From: Amoebidium appalachense
Lineage: Eukaryota > Protista > Ichthyosporea
DNA length: 64,000 bases
Assembly: GCA_963693365.1 (NCBI GenBank)
Contig: CAVNZM010000002.1
Span: 14,541,615-14,605,614, forward strand
Direction: 5' to 3'
Made by a program: the position numbers and the translations under genes. The notes beneath the pieces were generated by a model. The model searched no databases. It was not told the origin of the DNA and was given only the letters and a program-made list of their open reading frames with translations. This document shows, piece after piece, positions 13,904 to 37,272 of this stretch; the stretch's first letter is position 1, and each line of letters begins with the position of its first letter.

Positions 13904-16033
13904 TTTTTTTTGGGGGGGGGGGGGGGGGGGGGGGGGGGGAGAGAGGGGGGTGGCTCTGAATGTTCACGTGAAAGTTGGGGTCACGTTTGACAGTTGTTTG
14001 GAGACGAATAGTTGTGTGCAGCCTAAGATGATTACTTTATATGGCTATCATTCATTTTTGGCAATCGATATACAACATGACCAAAAATGGCTATCATCCA
14101 AATTTGGCTATGCGCTTCGTGTTCTGATTGGCTTGTGTTTCATCAGCATCGAGGAGGATTTCCTTAAATGGAAGAAAGAGCTACTGCCTGCACTGTGCAA
14201 GGCATGCAACAAGGCCTTACCGGACTACCTTGACGCCTTTATGCCGTAATACCCCCCCCCCACCCCCTTCCCCCCCTTCTGCATGCATACTGTGCATGTG
14301 TTTTTTTTTATTGTTGGTAAATTCTGCATGGTGTTGCATATCGGATCCCCCCCCCCTTCCTCCCCCCTCCTCCCCTCGCCACCCTCCCTCATGCACACTC
14401 ACACACACACCCTTGTATGCAGTACGCCACAATCCCCCCCCTCTCCCCGCTTCACCCTCTCTCGGCCCGGCCCCCAACACACACACACACATACACATGC
14501 ACACACACACACAATCACACTCACACTCACACACGCACACGCACACACACACACACACAGACACACACAGACACACACACACACAGACACGCACGCACAC
14601 ACACAAGCACACACCCGAACACACACGCACACACACGCACGCACGCACACACACACCACAAAACACATACTTAATACAAGGCACACACATACCATGAAAC
14701 ACACACTTATTACATGCTCTCTTTTGCTTAGGACCCTGCGTGCACGCGGATATGTGTGTGTGTGGGTGCATACATGTGTGGGTGCATACATGTGTGTGTG
14801 CATACATGTGTGTGTGCATACATGTGTGTGTGTATGCGGATATGTGTGTGTGTGGGTGCATACATGTGTGGGTGCATACATGTGTGTGTGCATACATGTG
14901 TGTGTGCATACATGTGTGTGTGCTTACATGTGTGTGTGCATACATGTGTGTGTGCATACATGTGTGTGCATACATGTGTGTGTGCATACATGTGTGTGTG
15001 ATTGCGTTGGTGTGTGCATTCCCTAACCCCCTTCTTCTGCAGGGCACGTCAATATGCTGCCGAGATCCACACCGGGCTATCTGATGCACAGATCTTCACC
15101 GGAGAGCACGGCAAACACAAGAGCGCACCAGTACCCAAGAAGTTGTACGTGTCCATAAAACCACAGGCACATGCATGCGCAAACATTGCAAGGAAAGGAA
15201 AAGATTCATAAAAAGGTTTAGCACTCACATGAACCTGAAGGCGCATATGGGCCTGGCATGTGTTAGTGTGTGTGTGTGTGTGTGTGTTACACAGCGATGG
15301 ACTTTTGCACACTTGCACACATACTGCACTCAAAAAATCAGCTGCATATATACATGGGTTGGCTTTGCATACTCGCGTACACGGAGGTAAATGCACATGA
15401 CCGTGTTAATAGATGCACACACATTTATTTAAGTAGGGACACACACACCACACATCGACACACGATACACAGGAGATGCACACATGCACACACATACACC
15501 GTGCATGCGCGCGGGCACACACACACACATACGCACACTGACTGTGTGGGTGGCAGTATCCCCGACATGAAGAATCCCCAACTGGTGCCGGTGAGGGTCA
15601 ACCGTGAACTGTTCAAGGTGTGTGTGTGTGTGTTTGAAAGGGACAAAAGGGGGGGGGGGAGGGGGGGGGGGGGGGGGGGGGGGATCTGTGGGTATTTGCC
15701 TGTTGGGGTGTGTTCTGGGGTCGTTAGTGTGTGTGGGCGTGGGTAGGGGTGGGGGATGAGGAGGGGGGGGAGGGGGGGGGAGAGGGGATGATCATATGTG
15801 GCCGGTGTGTGTGGTGTGTGTGCTTGTTTTAAGTTTGATGTGAGTCGGAAAAAAGGGAAAGGGGGGGGAAGGGGGAGGAGGGGGATGGATAGTCATATAT
15901 ACTAGTTTACTTCATTTTCTGCTTGTGGGTGGGCATCTGATTGTCCTTGCTCCTTGACTCATGCTGAGCCTCTCCCCCTCCCCCCCCCCCCCCCCCCCCC
16001 TTTGCCGCCACCACACACTCACAAACACGAACA

Positions 16034-16126
<93 letters not shown>

Positions 16127-16405
16127 TGCGTGCAGGAGGATGCTGAGCGGTCTTGCCGGCACATCGAGTTGGACATCTCAGGCACAAACATCAAATATCT
16201 GGCCGGTGATCACGTGGCAGTATTCCCCCAAAACCCCACCGAGCTGGTCGAGGAGATTGGAAATTTGCTGAAAATTGACCTCGACACGGTGTTTTCGCTC
16301 AAGGCGGTGGATGCCAGCAGCAACAAGAAGTCGCCCTTCCCCTGCCCAACCACATACAGGACAGCACTGACGCACTACGTGGATATTAGCCATGTACGTG
16401 TGTGT

Positions 16406-16453
<48 letters not shown>

Positions 16454-16846
16454 GGAGAGAGAGAGAGAGAGAGAGAGAGAGGAGTGTGCGGGTGTGGGTA
16501 GCGTGCGGGCATTTGCTGGTGCACACGTGTCCAGATCGAATCCGGTTCGATCTGATTAACCACAAGGAAAGTCCAAAAAATCCATTTTACGTAAGGGGGC
16601 CCGACGTAAGGGCACGAACACGCGTGGGCGTACGGGGTTGTGTATGCTGTGTTGGAGTTCGCGTGCACGCGCGCATGTGCGTGTGTGCGTGTGCGTTTTT
16701 TGCATGCTTGTGCTTTATATTCTAATAATGTCAAATATAATCCCCGCAGGTGCCCAAGCCCCACCACCTCAAGGAGCTTTCACAGTATGCCGAAGGAGAT
16801 GACAAGGCTAAGCTCCTGCGCCTGGCATCAGAGGAGGGCCAGGTAT

Positions 16847-16885
<39 letters not shown>

Positions 16886-18354
16886 CCCCCCTCTCTCCCC
16901 CCGGTGCCTGCCCCTCTGAGGATGCGCTCCAGTTGTGTTGTTTACTCTTGCAAGTGGGGGCATTCTGCTACTCGTTGTGAATCCGTACTTGTACTGTCTA
17001 GGCATGTCAGCGAATTTCCCTCCCCCTCCCCTCCCCCTTTTCATCAACAGTCGTCAAATTGATACTCAATCGGTGTTGGGGATTTGGCCACGGGTGTGAG
17101 CAACAAATGTGGATTGAATGGGTTTTTGAATACGTGTCTCCGTGTGGGAGTACGAGACCGTCTCCTCTCCCCAAAATAGTGAGGAAACTTCACCACCATA
17201 TTCTTAATCCCACTAGCACACACCCGAGCATCTAACGAGTTTACTAAATTTCCAAATTTCCAGGAGGAATATCACCGGTAAATAACTTGACTCCATCGAC
17301 TTCACTAGTGAGGGACCTTCACCAGCGTAGCCTTAATTCCTACGGCACATACCTAGTTATATCTGTATATATCTATCTATTTAACATGTACACTCGGAAA
17401 CCATAATTAAAATTCGAAATTTCCAGGAGGAATATCACCAGTACATCCTGCACGACCTGCGGACCATCTGCCAGCTGCTTGCCGAGATGCCGACCCTCCG
17501 TCCCCCCATCGACCACATTTTGGAAATGCTGCCCCGCCTGCAGTGCCGCTACTACTCTATCTCCTCATCTCCCAAGGTGTGTGGTTATATATATATATAT
17601 ATATATATAATGTTACAGCATCTGCTCAGGGAAAAACACATGCACGCACACGCACATACGCACACACACACACACACACACATGCGTGTGCGCCCACCAG
17701 GAAATATTGACACGAAGACGCACATGCAAATATATAGATATGGGCATGCGGACACGTATATGCTCTGTGTGTGTACGTGTGTTTTTTTATATGCATTGGC
17801 GTACGTCAACCCCATACACCCCCGTAGCACATGCAGACAGGCGTGCACGCACAAAACATTCTCGATAGGGGAGAGCCAAAGTGAGTCTAGTCTCTACAAT
17901 CATACGCCTTTTTTTTTCTTTCTGCTCATCCCACGTTAAACATATATGCTCCTTCAGATTTCCATAAACGTTCATGAGTAAGATTCCAAGCCCTCGGAAC
18001 ATCCACAAACCCCATCAAATACCTCTGACTTTGTCAGCATTCACTGGAAGCACATCTAACCCATGAAATTTTGCATATCTCCAGGTGCACCCCACCAGCA
18101 TCCACCTTACCGCTGTGGTTGTGGAATATGATACGCCTGCTGGGCGCCATGCAAAGGGTGTGGCCACGTGCTATCTCAGAGACCTGAAAGTCGACGACCC
18201 GGGTATGTGTATCTTACGTATATCTCACGTATATCCATCCTGCAAACATCGTGTTTTCTGATTCGTGCAAATGAAGTAGTACATTCTGATACACATGGCT
18301 CTCCCACCTTCCCAAAGGATTGGAATTCGAAAATAGGTGACTACGGATGATTTG

Positions 18355-18385
<31 letters not shown>

Positions 18386-18990
18386 AAAGAGAATGGGCTC
18401 TGCTTATGATCCATACTCTTTGTCAGCCGTGAATATGAATGTACTTCATGCATCTGTAACACATTCTTACCCCCCGAAGAGTGGGTGTCGGGAGCCCACA
18501 TCCCCCCTTTCCCCCCCAACGTCTCCTATCCCTTTACGGCACGCACACCACACGCAGCTAACCCCCATGTACCCCCTGTGCAGCAAACCCCCCCCTCGTG
18601 CCCATCTATGTGCGCCACTCCACCTTCCGCCTGCCACGGTCCATAGCCACACCCATCGTCATGGTCGGCCCCGGCACAGGCCTAGCCCCCATGCGAGGAT
18701 TTATCCAGGATAGAGCTGCCGACAGCCAAAAGGGTACGTACCACCTCCCCCCCCCCTCTTCCCCTCCCCCTTACCCACTCAGTTAAAGTAACTGTATAGA
18801 GTAAAAGTCTATGTAAAAAGGTCAAAAAAGTGCATGGGTACATCTACACGTGTGTGTGCAAACACGTGGACACACACACAAACACAACCACAAATGCACA
18901 CACGAGACCTGTATGTGTTTGCAGGCACAGATAGCCAGAACTCCCCCCCCCCCCCAAAAAAAAAAAAAAAAAAAAAAAAAAAAACACGTG

Positions 18991-19052
<62 letters not shown>

Positions 19053-19143
19053 ACACTCCGTTTGTGCTCCTAACTCATATCACGTGTTCACTCCCCTTTT
19101 CATCTCATTCCTCATCCTCCCCTTTTTCCTTCTTTCTCCCCCT

Positions 19144-19180
<37 letters not shown>

Positions 19181-19262
19181 GGACCCTTTCCCCTAGGGGT
19201 GTCTTCCCCGGACCCTCCCTTCCGCTTTCTCCCGTTTTCCCTCTTCCTTTCCGTTCTTTGAT

Positions 19263-19308
<46 letters not shown>

Positions 19309-19401
19309 AGAAGGCAAGGCCCCCGGCCCCACTGTTCTGTACTACGGCTGCCGCAACCGCAACCAAGACTTCCTCTATGCCGAAGAGCTCTACAAGTAAG
19401 T

Positions 19402-19444
<43 letters not shown>

Positions 19445-20498
19445 AAAAAAAAAAAAAAAGATTAAACAAGAACATGATTTTTTTTGTGGGTGTGTGGGTG
19501 TGTGGGTTTGTGGATGTGTATGTATTCGCGGGGGCCCAGATGTGCGCATGTACATCCTACGGTTTCTTGAGGATTACATGTCGTGGCATAGTGGGTGGGT
19601 GACGGTTTCCGTGTCAGCGTCAGAGGCCCACGTTTTTTTTTTTTTTTTTTTTTTTTTTTGGTGGGGGGGGTGGGGGTAGGGAGGGGGGACCGGGGGAGGG
19701 GGGGACGCGGGGGGGGGGGGGGGGGGGGGGGGTGGAGGGGGCAATAGGGGAGGGTACTGACCACTTTGCACGTGCAGATACAAGGAGGACGGAGTGCTGA
19801 CGGGGCTGGAGCTTGCATTCTCCCGTGAGCAGGCGGAGAAGGTGTACGTGACCCACCTGCTGAGGAGAGACAAAAAGGCCGTTTGGGAGGCTATCAGTGC
19901 CGGTGGCCACATCTACGTCTGTGGGTACGTGCATGCAAACACAACCCCCCCCCCCCCCCCCCCCCCCCAAAACCCCAAACCCCCCAAACCTTCTCCCACA
20001 TATGCAGTTTTTCCGTGAAGGCATCACTCACTGTCTCCTGTCCCGTCTATCTCTCTATCCTTCTCCCCCCCACCCCCTTGGATTCCCCACTCTCCACTAT
20101 CCACCCACCCACACATATCACACGTTACAGCAATAGGCTGCTGCGCCCGCCGGGAAGGGGAGGGAAAGGGGGGGGGGGGGGGGGGGGGGGGACCATCCAG
20201 TAGGGCAACCTGCCGTATGTGACTTTGATCGGTGTCTCAATGCCCCGAAGGTGAATTTGGCACAACCTGCGTTTCTCTGACAATGTTCATTCCTCCTCCC
20301 CTTGGGCTCATTGCGCACACACATCACACACACACACACACGCACATACACAGGGAGGCACGCAACATGGCCAAGGATGTGCACACTATTCTTGACGACG
20401 TGGTTGCCGAGTTTGGCAATATGACTGGGCCACAGGCTGAAAAGTTCATCCAGGACCTACAGGCAAAGGGCAGATATGCACAGGATGTGTGGTCATAG
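8446..20498 (+). CDS. POR: NADPH-cytochrome P450 reductase, 671 aa, 17 coding exons
   Basis: Exons 8446-8463, 9870-9971, 10387-10464, 11653-11781, 12856-13050, 13436-13521, 14147-14245, 15043-15144, 15557-15617, 16136-16393, 16750-16842, 17427-17576, 18085-18202, 18584-18733, 19311-19395, 19778-19924, 20354-20498. All GT-AG, phases consistent, total 2016 nt. N-terminal TM anchor; motifs [64 protein letters not shown] and C-terminal DVWS. The 18-nt first exon is less certain (ATG 9882 is the alternative start). Confidence 0.97.
8875..9081 (+). repeat. Interspersed repeat family A, copy 1 (POR intron 1)
   Basis: 8940-9081 is near-identical (one visible mismatch in 142 nt) to 11464-11605. 8875-9081 aligns with the reverse complement of about 51890-52085. 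Confidence 0.9.
11464..11605 (+). repeat. Interspersed repeat family A, copy 2 (5'-truncated, POR intron 3)
   Basis: 142-nt near-exact copy of 8940-9081, flanked on both sides by C-runs. Confidence 0.9.
14746..15000. repeat. Minisatellite of TGCATACATGTGTG(TG)n units with a higher-order duplication of about 88 nt
   Basis: Visible tandem units; gcggatatgtgtgtg recurs at about 14746 and 14836. Confidence 0.8.
17177..17439 (+). repeat. Diverged tandem duplication covering the acceptor and first codons of POR exon 12
   Basis: tagtgagg..cttcacca... and aaatttccagGAGGAATATCACC each occur twice (AG ending at 17263 and 17426). Confidence 0.85.
18326..18470 (+). repeat. Interspersed repeat family A, diverged copy 3 (POR intron 13)
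   Basis: tcgaaa..ggatga..gcccc[C-run]..gaatgggctctgcttatgatccatactcttt..tgtacttc is collinear with copies 1 and 2. Confidence 0.7.
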
Positions 20499-20535
20499 AG
20501 CAAAAGGAATTACAACATGCACACGCACACGCACG

Positions 20536-20577
<42 letters not shown>

Positions 20578-21292
20578 GACATGTACAACTAACGCTCACA
20601 CCAACCTTCATGCACACACGCACGCACGTACACAACAAAGAAAAAACCACCTGAAAAGAAAACGACACACTAGATGACCATCAGAAGCCAAATTATAGCA
20701 GCTTATTTTCTTTTGAATTCCTTTACCACGCAGCTGTGAATTGGTTTTGTGTTTTTCTTCATAGTATGGATTTGGGAGTGCTAATCGAGATTGTACTGTG
20801 ACTTGAATGACTGTAAGTATACCGTGGTATCAGATCTCGTGAGATCTCTCCGATTAGGTCCGATTCGGTCGGCAAGGCTGCTTCCTGGTTGGTGTGCTGT
20901 TATTGTCCAATTATTTTTTATCTTTATAAATATATTGCGTGGACCATTCACGGGGGTTCACTTGGATAGTTAATTATGGCTCTGACCGTACAGGTACCTG
21001 TTGCATACTATTTAGAGTTCGTAGGTGTATATGATATCTGACCAATAGTATCGCTCGTCGCCAGCATCACGACTGTTGATTGGCTGTTATAAGATGGACC
21101 ATGAAGTGCAATGCGCCCTGGAGGCGTATATAGGTTGACTGTTGTCTTCTTCTTTTGATAAACGGGGTTTACAAGAGATAGCATGTATACATGGGCAAGG
21201 AAAATAGTGCAGAGCCCCTTCCCCCCCCCCCCCCCCCCAAACACACACACATGAACACACTTCCCACCCCCTTCTCCATCAGATTCTCCCCT

Positions 21293-21331
<39 letters not shown>

Positions 21332-21753
21332 ACAGTAACACCACATGTACGAGACCTGAGCTCCCCATGTGCACGGGGCCTGCCATTGGCGAAGTTTCGT
21401 TTCGTTTTCGTAGTTTTGCGATATTTTCTTGCGTGTATTTAGCGGTTTGTGTGATAATCATGCTATCCGGGCCCACCCCAAGGTGTGTACACAAGGGCTT
21501 CGTCTTATGTACCTGTGAACCATTGTTAACATTTTGTGTACATGTGCTGATCTAAATTATATCTAGGCTACCAGACTTGAGTGTCTCAGCTTCAGTCTGG
21601 GCCCCCTCAAGCTCCCCCCCTCCCCTTCCCCTTCATCCCTCCCTGCGCACTATCTCTATCCTCGATCCCCCGAGATCTCAAACGCTCCCGATTCATCTGT
21701 CTCCTCCCCCCTTACACCCCCCCCCCCCCCCCCCCCCCCCCCTCGTCTTTCTC

Positions 21754-21785
<32 letters not shown>

Positions 21786-22002
21786 CCCCCCTCCCCCCCT
21801 CCCCCCCTCTTTATATTAGTGTACATGTGCTATAAAAATGGAGTGGACATAACTTTAGCTAGGTGGGCCATCTCTAATAATCTGTGGCAGATATCATTTC
21901 TACACTGGGGACAGCCTCATAACGCATCATAAAGACATAGTACAATGTCATCGACTGCCACAGTACTAGTTACACAGGAGCCCACAGAGCACAGTTTGCA
22001 GG

Positions 22003-22803
22003 TCAAACGACAATAGGCAACATCACGGCTAGGCCCATCCCACTGTCCGTGCAGAAATCAGGCACTCGCCTTTCGTACTCAGACACTGTTTTCTCCCTCC
22101 ATTTTTTCGTGTCTTCGTGGCCAGCCCCGAGGTTGTGATCACTGTTAAAGTTGAGAGAAATATCCGAGCAAACCGACACCGTTGCTTCTTCATATGCATT
22201 TTCGTTTGTCGTGGAGTCGTCAACCTTTTGTACCACAAACTCTCCCTCTTCTTCAGTCTCCAGAATACTCCCAAGGACCCGCGGGCGTCTGCACAATGCG
22301 GCCTCCCAACCATGACTTTCTTGGTGGGCTTTTGCAAGTTCTTCTTCAAAATTTATGTAGAGGCACGACGGTGGCCTAAAATACCCCGTGGGCGCAGGCA
22401 GGTTTAGGCGCATGGCAGACGGACGGCTGGCAGCAGTCAACAAGAACATAAGCTCTTCTAGACTTCGTTTGGAGTGCCTATTTGCGGATAGGCTCAGCTG
22501 CAGAAGCTCCCGCTCGGCCCCGGTCATTGTTCGGCACCCATTTTCGTTTTTACGGGAATTTATGAAACAATTATTCTGATTATGAGTCCCGGAACGAAAT
22601 GAAGGCAGGGACAGTTTCGTTTTTGCGGCCTGGATATTGGCACAGATTTTGCTGTGGTGTCTCTCCAAGTGATAGGCAAGGTCACGAATGGTGTAAGGCT
22701 CACCATAAGCCATTTCGCCGACATAGCCCTCCGCATGCATACTGCACTCGTGTAGGCATGGAAGCGAAAATGGTGGCATGGGGCGAAAGATTCGAGGTGG
22801 CAT
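22003..22803 (-). CDS. Hypothetical protein, 266 aa, uninterrupted CDS, no recognisable domain
   Basis: 801-nt ORF free of the simple repeats that fill non-coding DNA here. A TAG acceptor lies 16 nt upstream (exon would start at 22819) with an in-frame stop before the ATG, suggesting a 5'UTR intron. Confidence 0.65.
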   Translation of the reverse strand: MPPRIFRPMPPFSLPCLHECSMHAEGYVGEMAYGEPYTIRDLAYHLERHHSKICANIQAAKTKLSLPSFRSGTHNQNNCFINSRKNENGCRTMTGAERELLQLSLSANRHSKRSLEELMFLLTAASRPSAMRLNLPAPTGYFRPPSCLYINFEEELAKAHQESHGWEAALCRRPRVLGSILETEEEGEFVVQKVDDSTTNENAYEEATVSVCSDISLNFNSDHNLGAGHEDTKKWREKTVSEYERRVPDFCTDSGMGLAVMLPIVV

Positions 22804-23440
22804 GTCGTGGCATCAGCACCTAGTACTGAGTACAGGAAACATATGCATACATGTATACATCATAAAACGCAACCAACCTATCTAACATACCGTAGGCTAC
22901 GACTTTGTGATTGCCTTTAGTGCAACTAAACAGAGATTATTGTAGGATAGAACATTTAGTATATTTACAGGACTACGTCCCATTACATGTATATTGCAGG
23001 CTAACGCGGTCGCGAGGCTCTCACTAGTACTCAAACCGAGTGTCAGTACATACTTGAACTGGCCATGGAAGTTCAAGTTGTTGTTGTGTGTGTTTACAAT
23101 ATCAATGTTTGACTGTGACGAATAAACCTTCGAATTCGCGGTTATAATTAGGTTGCTCCCAGAATGTTCATGCCTTCTGTGCCGTTCCCAAAGCCTTATA
23201 AATACACCAGCGGCGTCAGAGCAAGAGTAAACAAGGTGCCATTGTACCGGCTTTGTTATGTATGTGCACGCAGGCTTACAGAGGCTTACAGAGAGATGAC
23301 ACCGCATCTACATCTTGCCGTGCTGTATATATAATCTAGAAGCTCTAGACCAATCAAACACGCTTACGCCCATGAAAATAGATCTGTCCAATCAAAAGAG
23401 AATCGCTATCTCCAGGGCGCCAATGGGCTTGCTGAACCTC

Positions 23441-23605
23441 CCAGGGGCTGAAATACGACCCAAACACTTCGTATTTACGATTTAGCAGACCCCTCAAATA
23501 CGATTAAGTAAACCATTCAATTAGTAAAACAACCGTGAAGGGTGTCCAAAATCTTCGGAGTTCTCATAAATACGATTAGAAGCCAAAAATCCTTTCAATG
23601 CCTGG
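23441..23605. mobile_element. Degenerate MITE-like element
   Basis: Ends ccaggggctgaaa / tttcaatgcctgg (10/13 inverted match, CAGG terminus). Internal AAATACGA motif at 23451, 23496 and 23568, inverted at 23469. No convincing TSD. Confidence 0.4.
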
Positions 23606-24119
23606 AAGTGGAAGGGGCCCGGGCTGCCGGGGCTGGCTGACCTGGCTCCTGGCTGAGCCTGTATGGGTTTTTCCATGCTCCCCAAGATAAGCAAAACGTG
23701 GTGGAATTGGAGATGTCCCCGCAAACTACTACGAAGAGCATTTAAGAAGAGTCAATCTAATTTTTCGAACGGCGCCGGCAGCTGCTTTCATATCCATTCA
23801 GGTCAAAAATTAATATTCGTGTACGTTTAGCCCTCGGCAGAGGGCATGCATGTACACGATAAGCCCCAAATTTGAGGATGTACATAGAGTCACGTGGCCA
23901 CATAAGCCTAATCGCAACATCTCCCGTGCCGCTGAGTGGTCACACGTGTTCATATCTGTGCTGATAATGATTCATGTGCATGAGTACCTGTGTACACTAC
24001 GGTGTGTGCACGACTCAGTGAGTGTGCAGTTCGTGTGTTTCGAACACATGCAAGGGAGAGTCTAGATCTCACGTGCACTTGCAGGCGGGACGGAGCGAGG
24101 GGAGAAGGGGGAGGATTAA

Positions 24120-24174
<55 letters not shown>

Positions 24175-25133
24175 GGAGGTGTCCGAATGTGATGCACAGC
24201 ACACATTCCCTAGCAATAATTATCTCTATATGCATTGGATAATGCACACACACGTGCACACACAACACGCAGTGTAGAGTGGGCATTGGAATCTTGGGAT
24301 CAGATAGCGTTTGTTTGACGTCAAACCGTAGTCCACTGTTTGTGATAGCATAGGATGACTAGTCTACATAGCAGTGTCAAACATATCTGTTGTATGATAT
24401 GTGTTCTTATAGACACTCGGATATATTATGTTATGAACATTATGGACTCTTGTAACTAGCTGTGCTTGTCTCTGCTTATCGCATAGGCATCTGTGGAATC
24501 CCAGCTTGTGTTTGCAATGAGATTGCCACAGATTACTACGCTGTATGTTATTGGTCATTGTGATCTAGCCGGCGGGTATATAAGCCGTCCAGAATTCTAA
24601 TAAACATGAGTCGCCATGAACTTGTAAGAGGAGGAAGGGAGGAGCAGCTGAGAATGAAAGCCCGGAATCATTGCACCTTATTATTGGCGTTCCCTCCGGG
24701 CGGGGCCAAATCTAGTTAATCAAATCCGGTGAGACGACATGGACCCCATGGGGCCCATGGTCCTGGTCTTATGAAGGAAATGTACCGTATGATAATCGAG
24801 TACAGATGCCAACCGCTATTTATGTTGATGTAATCTATGTACCAAACGGCCATTAGCTAGAACCGAAAAAGCCCGACAACAACAAGCAAGCAACTACAAC
24901 CAATTCAACCCGAAACAAAGCAAACCAAACGAAGGAGGGGAGGGAGGGAAAATGGAGGTGTGTTTTCAGTGCAGGTAAAGGCCCATCACACACACTGCAA
25001 TACTAGCTGCAGTGTGGCGTGTGTAATCGATAATTCATGCGCAGCATTTCACATACGACCAAAAGATCCCCCCCCCCCCCCCCCCCTTCCTCCTCCCCCT
25101 TGCAACACAAAGAAAGAAAAGGGGGGGGAAGGT

Positions 25134-25169
<36 letters not shown>

Positions 25170-25378
25170 TGGGCTAACCAATCCCTCCTATTAAGAACAT
25201 CATTCGGTCTCCTTACATGGAAGGACAAGAATTTTGTCCAACAATCTTTACATAATCGGCCATAAGGCCCCACATACGGGAGTTCAGAACATGAAATTTC
25301 ATTAAGGCCCATGATGCCTTTACGATACCTACCAAGCTACAGTCATCCATGCCAACCAGTCCAACTTATTTCTTATAA

Positions 25379-36235
<10,857 letters not shown>

Positions 36236-37272
36236 GTTTGAATTAAATGAAGTTGACGATGAGCCCCCTAGCACGAATCAGAATGCTTTCACCAACACTT
36301 AGTTGATATAGTATACATGTATCCTCGAGGAAATTACATGCACCAACATGCACCAACACTTGGTTAATAAAGTATAAATATATCCTTTAGAAAATTGCAT
36401 ATAATTTGCAGTCCATTTCCTTCAAAACTTTTCAGTGAAGTCTGTGCAGTGTGCACACCGTGCATGTGGTGAATTCACAGGTCTGGCGGCTTCATAACGC
36501 GCCAAAATTATGAAACACCTATCAGAATTTACTATTTGTAATATCACGAACTTCTGTGGGTATTGCGTCGCCCTCTGATCGCACACACCCAAGTGACCGC
36601 ATGCAAGGCTAGCACATATACGTCAATATATATCACCCATAGTACTAAAAGAGGCAGCTCTAAAGAAAGTGAAATAAAAGATATATATATTTTATACTAC
36701 TTGGCTTGTTCTTGTACACATATCTTTCTCTTGTTCGATTTCCAATATACTTATCTTCATGCTTTTGTGTACTACACGCCAGGGGTGTTCGGTTCCGCAC
36801 ACGGCCACATTCCGATGAAATAAATATCGAAAAATTCCACACAGCTGACACGTACAAATGTGCGTGTGTGTGTGCTAACGGTTTTAACGGTTTAGTAAAT
36901 ATTAGTTCGTGCTTCATTTATTCAGAAGATAACAACAGGCACGGTTTTGCAGTACGCTTTTCTGCTCTTTTTCTCTTGGACCGTCTGATTGACAGCCCCA
37001 ACCCCCGGGATAGGACAGTACCCAACCCATACCCACTTGGCATTTTGACAACCTGAGAGATTCACTTTTTTCTTCTCGTTCTGTTCTATCCAGAAGCTAG
37101 ACTGTCTTGCCCTTCATTATCCTAAGTTAACGCAATTACCTGCTCTAATAGTTTCATTATTTCCCACCCTTGCCTCGCAGCTACGACTTCCCCCCCCACT
37201 TTTTCTTATTTCAATCCAGACTTCCAATTCTAATCAATTTCCTTCCTTTCCAACTGAGCCTCCTCAAGCACC

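Noticed and set aside
20832-20847. AGATCTCGTGAGATCT near-palindrome resembling the TCTCGCGAGA promoter motif
   Set aside because: Single imperfect instance downstream of POR, not near a supported TSS.
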